DNA of 64,000 nucleotides from Aplysia californica (lineage: Eukaryota). The notes under the pieces are model-generated. The model searched no databases. It was not told the DNA's origin and saw only the letters and a program-made list of their open reading frames with translations. The stretch spans positions 4,509,581-4,573,580 of the forward strand of contig NW_004797272.1 of assembly GCF_000002075.1 (NCBI RefSeq), written 5' to 3'. This document shows, in pieces, positions 54,101 through 63,100 of the stretch. Each line of letters opens with the position of its first letter. The first letter of the stretch is position 1. The position numbers and the translations under genes are program-made.

Positions 54101-57100
54101 ATTGTCATTACATGGAGGTCAATGCAAAAAAATTAAAATGTGGAAGTACTTCTAAGCAACGGACACTGCACACTTTGACATTAAACTTGTCCAAGGTTTA
54201 TACTAATTTTTCAAAGTTTCAGACTTGCCTGGGTCCCTCTAAAACTTGAAGAATGAACAACTAATAAATTCTTTAAAAATAGTTGACTTGCCTAGAATAA
54301 ACGGGCCTGTCTATGTAACTGGACATGTATACCAGAGACTTTTAAGAGTCATTAAGACATGTTTTGAAAATAAAGACTTTTAATTTGACGTAAACTGAAC
54401 ATTTTCTAAAACTGATCAAGGACTGTATCTGACGTAAATCAGTCAAATAGCAAGACGCATATTTTTAACTCTCTGATTCCGGATTGCCACTTGATTTAGT
54501 CAAACCCAAGATCTACACCTCGTCCTGTGCTACATGTACTACCTATTTTCACCATATTGTGATTCTCTGTTGAATTACACATAGTTTGACAACTCACGCA
54601 AACAAAAAAAAATCAATATTTGACTGAATTAAAACCGTTTTAAAGTAAAACCATCAAATTAGGAGCGTAACATAGTCGAATCCCTTGCACACTAGTACTG
54701 AAAAAGTTAAAACAAATATTTTTTTTGTTTTATGACTTTAAGAAAATGAACAAGCAATATGACAAGAAATGATCTCATCAGTTAGTACATGCCCTACTCA
54801 CTTCTTTCTTTCCAATCGCGGACAAAACCTCCACTGTCATGTTGTACTCGACCTGAACAGCTACTTCCACAAGCCTTGTCACATCACCATCAATCAAAGA
54901 ATCTAGTGCAGCTTTGACTGGCACTTTAACAATGCCGGGCCATTCACTGTACTGCACACCGCATTCTGTGATACCTGAATCAATAATAATACCCATAAAC
55001 AGATGTACTAACTAAGTGAAATGTAAGGTATGTAGGTCAGCAGTGTGCTTCCAAAAGACATTTTTATACACCACACGCAAGTTTTTAAAATCTTAACTCT
55101 GATACTCGCATTAAAGGGAAGCGTGTTCTATTGGGCAGTTGTTTTGTTTTAAAGAGTAGATTAGACTCTTGGTATCAATGGTGGAAATCTGTTCAGTTTC
55201 ACAAGAGAACTTTCTGAATTAGTGGATTTACCAAAAACTGTCACCCGTTGCTAGACTCAATTCTCTTGTAATCTCAACTAGTGACAGTTCTTTCTATTAG
55301 GGACTGGGACGCAGAGGCAGTTGATCTTGTTTTTTCCCTACTGCAGAACATTTTACTTCTCAGTCTGTCGTTCTGACCCACCATTACACTCAAATTAGAA
55401 TGCTGAAGTAAATGTTCATAAAAATTTGTTGAAAATCTAGGTGCAAACAACAATCAGTGTTTCAGGTATTAAGCTGATTTTTTTTCCAGGCCACCCTAAA
55501 TTTGGGAAAATTGGTCTGGAATGAAGCAGATATGACAGTAAGTATGAATGTTTTAATCTATCAGTATAACCTGTTTATTTCTAAACAGAGAAACACACTA
55601 ACACAATAATGATCATTTAGTTCACAGAATAAGTAAGACTGTTTGACAGAAACAATGAAAGGAAAGTAAGGGAATTGGACTGACCAGTGGAGCCTTCCAA
55701 CCACCCAGCTAGCCTACCTGGGAAATCTTCTAGCAAGGGAAAAATCAACTGTGGTACTTCTGCATCACTGTTGGGACAAGTCAGTGGTTCTGGCTGATTT
55801 GTTTGCACAGTTGCAAAAACATTGCAAAGCAATGGGTCTTCACCAACGCACAATAGTTTTGGTGGAACATTTGACTCTGCAGAAATTGTAGCTGGACCCA
55901 TGCCTTCAGTCACAGTCACTTTCTCATCAGTTATCTGTTTTGTAAAAAAAGAAAAAGGCAAAGCATTTTACAAATACAGAACTACAAAAATGATATCTAC
56001 AATTCATTTCAAAATAGAAGAGTACCTTTATTTTTCAACTTCTGAGACAAAGAAATCTCATCAATTCAGTTGACACATCCAGATAAAAGAAAACAGGGTG
56101 ATATATAAAGGTAATCAGCCATTCACCCACTCAAAATGACATTTGCATATAACAATAGAAGCCTCCAGGAAAATTCTTTAAAAAGTTGAAGGAGTTGGAT
56201 CCTCTCCCAGCTTACATTGGCTGCTTTGTCTTAATGTCCTTCATGACACAGCTTCCGCATTTCTTTAACAATATATGGTGTGCTGTGGCATATAAACCAT
56301 ATCCCCTTAAGAAAGAGGAAGGAAGTCGTCTTAACTCAGTGCTGACTTTGTTTTCCGATCAAATCTCTGTTCATTGGATGTGTGAACTGAAGCTCTTGTC
56401 TATCAAAAACCACCACAAATTTTAAAAAATATGATATCCTTAAAAAAAACCAACAATGAAGAGGTCTTTCTTTGAAATGACATAAAGGTCTCACAGGAAT
56501 AAAAACAGACTAAGAATCCGTGAAGAAACCAAACACAACACATCAAAGATTCTATTAGTGTTTGACACAAACATATCAGGAAATCAGGTTTATCCCAAAC
56601 TTAAAGCGCACAGTAGAAAAACATTGAACAAAATTTGAATGTAAGTGATTGGCTATAAATGGATACTGAAAAAGTATGACTGGACCTAAAGTCTCACCTT
56701 AATTGCAGCTGTGAAAGAATTGCTCTCCTCTGGAGGACTTTCAGTAGTTGAACAATTCTCAGCAAAACAAGCTGTCAGAGCACAGGATACCTAAGATAAG
56801 AGTAACAGAAACAGCCATTGTATTTAAGTATCATACATCGATAAAAGCACAAAAAAGCGTGACTGTGAAAAACAGACAATGGATTATATTAAGACTGAAC
56901 TTAATCTTCAGACATCAGCTAGATTTCTCACACAAGGATATAGTGTCGCTCAATAAAATGGACTTCAGGAGTCCTAGTTAAATAGGAAAAAGGACAAAAT
57001 CACTTTACCCTTGACTCATTCGTTATATAATTTTCTACCCTCCTGGACACAATTTGTTCCTTAGCAAGCACCTGTTTTATTCATATGTTTAGTTTTGTCT

Positions 57101-60100
57101 ATTGATTTACCAATTTGTTTACTAACAAATTACATTATAAATTATTTATCTCAAGAAAATGAATTAATATAGGAATCTGAAAAAAACGGAATAGTTTGAT
57201 CAAAACATGGATATTATTTCCAAAAGTCTGGGCCAGAATTGCTCCTGTATTTATAGAGGCATACGAGTCAATGATATGGCTTGTTGTAGTGATGAGGAAG
57301 ATGATGGGCAAACAATTGTGTTTTACGCCACTTGCAACACAACTAGGCCACATATATGCCGAAGATTTGAGGTCTCACAAGAGAAGAATGATAGATGTTT
57401 TATAGGAAAGAAAGAACAAACAACACCAGAGCAACCACCAACTACCCACTAGGCCAATAAGTTGGCACATCGTAATGAAATGAAAGAGTTAAAACAACAA
57501 GACACTTGCTTTCAAAATCCATATTCTATGAAGGTCAAACTGAAAAAAAAATCCCTCCGATTTCTATAGGACTTTTCAACTGAAATTCTTTGAAGAAAAC
57601 AAAACACAAAACAAGCAAATCACACACACACACAAATTGGTTCAATCGGCTTATGAGGAATGTAAAACTTGAGAAGACTTTTATTGTTTCTTTTTTTTGT
57701 CCCTAGTCCCTATTTGGTGCTGAACATTTGGGAGTTACACAGAAAATGTGTCGACATGGTATTAATTGTTATGCGCCAAGAACAAAATAAAACGAGAAAA
57801 TTGTCTGGTGTTTGATGATGATGCTGATACTGATGATGATTATGATGATGAGGAAGACTTACATCAGAACCAAGGGCAAACTGTGGAATATCCAATATGT
57901 CCAGAAATGCAACAGTTGTGTTGACCCCAACTTCTGAAATGTTGACTTTTGCAATACCCGTCCCATTATGTCGCCACTCAATCAGGTACTCAACACCTTG
58001 CCTCTCCTGCACGGTGACTTCGCAAGAGAATGTAAACTCTCGGGTTGAGTCATTAAAGTTTGAAGACAACACTGGATTTCCTCGCACATATGGATACTCT
58101 GTGACAAAAAACGAAAGAGTGGGAAAACATTTTCATATTGGTTTATAAGGGTTTTGCAATATAGTCCTATTTTTTAAAGTCAAGATAAGCAATTGTTTCT
58201 TTACCCCCACAAACACAGAGAAGTCTTTTCATAACATTTCCGTAGTCATCTGACACTAGGCATTCATAACCTCAGCCTCCTCTCATCCCAGCACACTTCA
58301 CTATCCCTATTGCTCCAACATTCTTCCTAAAATAGCATAAAAACTTAAGATCTTCTTCTTCTTGGCGCTCCCTTGCTAGATCTCAGAGGTGGTCTTCAAC
58401 CTGCAGAGCAACTCATTTTTTAAAAGGATTTGACCAAAACTTAAGATGATATCAATAAATGGAGCATGTATCGATAAGAAATTTAAGTTTTGCGTACCTT
58501 TCCGCAGACTCCATGAGTCGTAAGACTGGTAGTTGTCACATACTAAGGATTCATTTGCAGGGTTGGGCTCACCATACAAGAAGCACTCATTGTCAATGAA
58601 GCAGCTCTCGAACTGAAGGGAAAAAGTCTTTGCTCATTAACAGATCAACAAAATGACAGAAGATTTAATCACAGGAAAGGAGCAGAAGAGAACAAATATT
58701 ATGTAAATGGCTAAAACAACCAAACCTAGAAAAAGAAAATACAGTGGAGTCTGCTTAAACCGAACATGGTTAATCCGAAAACAGCAGTTGATCTAAAGAA
58801 AATAAAATCCATAACTTTTTCTTCTATGTGAGCAACCTCTCTAAACGGAAAACGCATCTAAACTGAAGAAAACCAGGAGGCCCCAAAGATTTCGGTTTCA
58901 GAAGACTCCACTGTATTCCATATGTGTAAGTCAGCATTAAAAAATAAGCAGCTTTTCAGGATTATAGTGTAGTCTCACACCGATACCTTCAGACATGATG
59001 TCATCTATAAAGTATAAGTTAACCAAAGAGTACTTGTCTTTTTATACACAATAGCAATTATGGAGTTTATAATCATGAGAGTACACATGATATTTACAGG
59101 CCACAGTAATTTTGGTTTTATTTTGAGGATTACCCACTTAACGACATAAAGAGAAAAAGTAATTACTACGGGAACCAATATGAAAAGAGCACTCTATAAA
59201 ACTTTCTTAGTAAATTCAGTATTTATTTTATTTGAAGGCATCAACTTTTTCAACCCTAGATCTTGATGTTTCCAAAAGCTTCATTCTTTGACTACTTAAG
59301 CGTCATTAGCCACAAATGCACCAGCCTTCCAAAATATCGAGAATTACACCTCAAGGCTCTATGACTGGCTCCACTTCCAAAATGTACTATAACACATTGC
59401 AACGACCCATTTTCTAGTGGAATCTTACCGTGAGTTTACAAACTCCACTTGAGCTACAGTCATGACACCTAGGATGGTAAAGAGTAAAGGTAGAGCTGTC
59501 ACTGAAGTTCACGTTGTTGTTTGTGACTTGTATTCTGTAGCTTCTTGCCTCTGGCAAAGGGCATGTGATCTCGTGGAAAGAGAAGTACTCCGCCTGTACA
59601 GTGACGGGCTTGCCATCATCTTCAGTGTCGCTTTCTGTTATCTGAGGGGTAAAAATGGTACTGACTGAGAACAACCATGAAAAAAAAATGCACTTAATAG
59701 AATTTTACATAAAAATAAACCTGACAATGACGGAAAATTTTCTCTTTTCACATCCTTTCCGGCTCTGAAACCATGTTCTGTCATCTGCTTTTTCCTCCAT
59801 ATTTTCCTCCTCCCCTTTGCTTCCTCCTCTGGACTCCCCACTCTTTCTGTAGCCTTTCTACTGCTACTCCTTGGCTCCTTCTTACAGTTGTCTTTCAGCT
59901 ACAACCCAGATCTTATGGTAGGTAAGATCTAACACTTAGCCTTCTGATCTCAGACAAGGGCAAAAAATCTTGGAGATCTCGTGTGCAAGCTGTGCATATT
60001 TAAGATCCCATAGTGGTCCTCAAACCAATAAGAGTAGGCATCCACCGCCAACCGCACAAAATTCAAAATTCCTACCAAACTGAAAACGTTTAAAAGTGTC

Positions 60101-63100
60101 CCGCACGCCCATATGACCTTATGCAGCTGCGAGCCCCGTTAAACAACTACCAGAAAAAAACAAAATTTTACAGGCCATTTGTTTTTCCCATAAGTACACT
60201 CAGCAACACTCCTACATTATATACATTAAATATCTTGTGTTATCTATTGATTCCATTTTTTATTATCAGTCGAAAAAAAAAAGAAGCTTACAAATAAATT
60301 TCCTTTTAACTGCCAACATTTAAGTTAAAACAATAACATTACAAAAACAGGTCAAACCATATTAATATACTCGTAATTTCTCCATGATAACCTGAGACGA
60401 CTGACTATAGCAGCTGTACTTTTTACCTTTATAGGCTGTAGTCTGCATTTCAGCTGCTCAGAAAATGCATATACCCTGCCGGTCACAAGAACTGAGTCAC
60501 AGGGGCGTTGTGATGAGTCTTGAATGTTACAAAGGCCATCATTTTCCAGCATGTATATATCAGGTGAATCTGCCGTGTTCACTGAGCAGTCAGCTAGACC
60601 ATACCCATCTTCACAATCACACACACCTGGTATCAGAGACAAATAAAAATAGATGATCTTTCTCTCTCTCTCATAACTTAACTGGACAATATGCAGGCAA
60701 TACACTTCATTTATGTTTTGCAATGTTTGTCTTATACAGGGTGATTAAAAAAAGAAATAAACCTATTTCAAAACACATCGATTCAGTTCTCAAACATTGT
60801 TATGGAATGAATAAGTGACCATTTGAAAGAGGCATTATCTAATCTTTTAATAAAAAAGAAGGAATCCATTCTATGATGCACTGCTTCTGTTCTCAAGCAT
60901 TGCTAGGAATGAGTCATTGACCGTTTGAAAGAAAAGTTATCTAACTTTTGAATAGCTGTTACAGCTGCTGTTGTCGTTTTTTGTCGCGCTATCTAAAAGC
61001 AATGTGTAAATGAATCCTGAGAAGTTTATAACAGTTCATTATACATTTGTACCAACACATCACAGCACAGGATGAACGGTGAAAAAGAGAGGACACAAAG
61101 AGGTATCATCTGATCACCAAGAAGGTAAAAGTAACAAGCTTTGTATTGTGCAGCGGGCTGATGGAAAGTTTTGCCTCACTAAAGATATATAGGCGTGAGT
61201 AACACATAATATCCAGTGCTTACCGTAAGACTCCACCATTCTTCATTTAAAAAAAAGACCTATGATGGAGTCTTAAGACTTTGCAGTCACACAGCCAGCA
61301 GTACAAAATACCCCATCTGGTCACCCAGCCAGGAGAGTGACTGCACTGGAGTTCTCGGGCCTGTCGCACAACTGTGACAGGTGATAGGAACGGATAATTT
61401 TCCCCATCGCATTATTGCGGCAAGAGATCACAAAGTGTTAAATGAAGTAGTCACTATAAAAGATGAGATTTAGTCCTCTGTCAATTATTTTGATACTGAA
61501 CTGTGCTCGAGTGTTTTTTGTATGAAAGAGTACGCTATGTTTGTGATTTTTATATGTGGTGCAAATGCTCTTAAATAGTAAAGTATTCATACCATCAACA
61601 CAAGGGCCATGTTGAGAACACTGGTTGAAGCACATGCCACCAATGAAGGTAGAGTTGATAGAGAGAGTTCCTGTGCTGTTCACCCAGTGAGCTGGATTAT
61701 TGAACAGCTCGTATCTGCACACAGACAGGACAGTCGACAGCGCGCTCTGTGCCCAGCTACGATCGTCTGATATCTGAGAATTCGGAACACAAAACATTGT
61801 AGTCAGCTGAGATACAATTTTATGGCATTATCAGCACACATTGTGATAAACTGAGATAGATCTTTATGGCATTATCCGCAAAATAGGAACATCTAAGGAG
61901 GGGTCACGAATTATAAGCACTACTACTGCACTCAGAGCCAGAAATTTTGATTACTACATGTGACAAAATCTTGCAATGACTGCAGCATTGGTTAATAAAA
62001 GCTCATAGCTTCTAGTTCAAGTGCATTCATCAGCAGTAGGACTGTGTTAGCTAGAGTCACAACAAAAGAAAGTGACAAATATGGAGTGGGGTGTAAACGA
62101 CTTCCCTTTCACTCATTCATAACCTCCTACCCTGTCTGTTTTTCGATCCCTTTTCATTTACTTCCTTAGATAAGATTCAACCCCAGAATATATGGGGAAG
62201 TAAATGTAGGAATGTGTCTCTTCCATCCAGGAGGACTTCCTTCTTGTAAAATGGATGACCAGGCAGATTGACTAAAGCATTGAAAAAAAAAATTTCTTCA
62301 ACCTAACACTTCTTACATTAAACAACATATAACTCACCACAGTGCGTCGGGCACTGAGTTTTAAAGAATATAACAAAAACCCCCCCAAAAACACTCAAAT
62401 AGGAACTATAATGGCCACACAGGTGAAAAGTAATTAAGATGACAGACAGAGAAAAGACACAGACAGAAGAGAACGAGGATCTACCACTGGCGGTAAGCTA
62501 TCCACTGCTGTACTTACTTGAATATCTTTCACACAAGCCTGCACAGCGTACTTAACAGTGTCTGGAATAATCTGATTGCATGCAGCTCCAATTATATCAT
62601 TGAGAATGACGTCTCCGCAGAACGCCTCAGCCATCGGCTCTGTGATATTGGAGGCAGTAGGCCAGCTTGCATCCTACGTAAGCACAGACATGATAAGTCT
62701 CAAGAGATATCATCACATACAACAATGACATACAGGTGGTAACAAAACAACAGCCATAAGAGAGTCAGCAAGGAAACCAGTCTATTCTTTCATAAGAAAA
62801 CCAATCTATTCTTTCATAAGGCATATAATTTTCCTTAAAGAGAAGAACAGACAAAAGGGGAAAAGGGAAACTCATTATTGTCTACCCCTGAGTTAGGTTG
62901 CCACACAAAGAAAGATCCAATATATCAATTTTTTTCAAGTTTAAGTGAAGTATACCACTGTTTTTAAAGCAACAGATGAGTGAGCAGGTATGGTTGAAAA
63001 AAAAAAAAAGAAAAAGCTAAGNNNNNNNNNNNNNNNNNNNNNNNNNNNNNNNNNNNNNNNNNNNNNNNNNNNNNNNNNNNNNNNNNNNNNNNNNNNNNNN

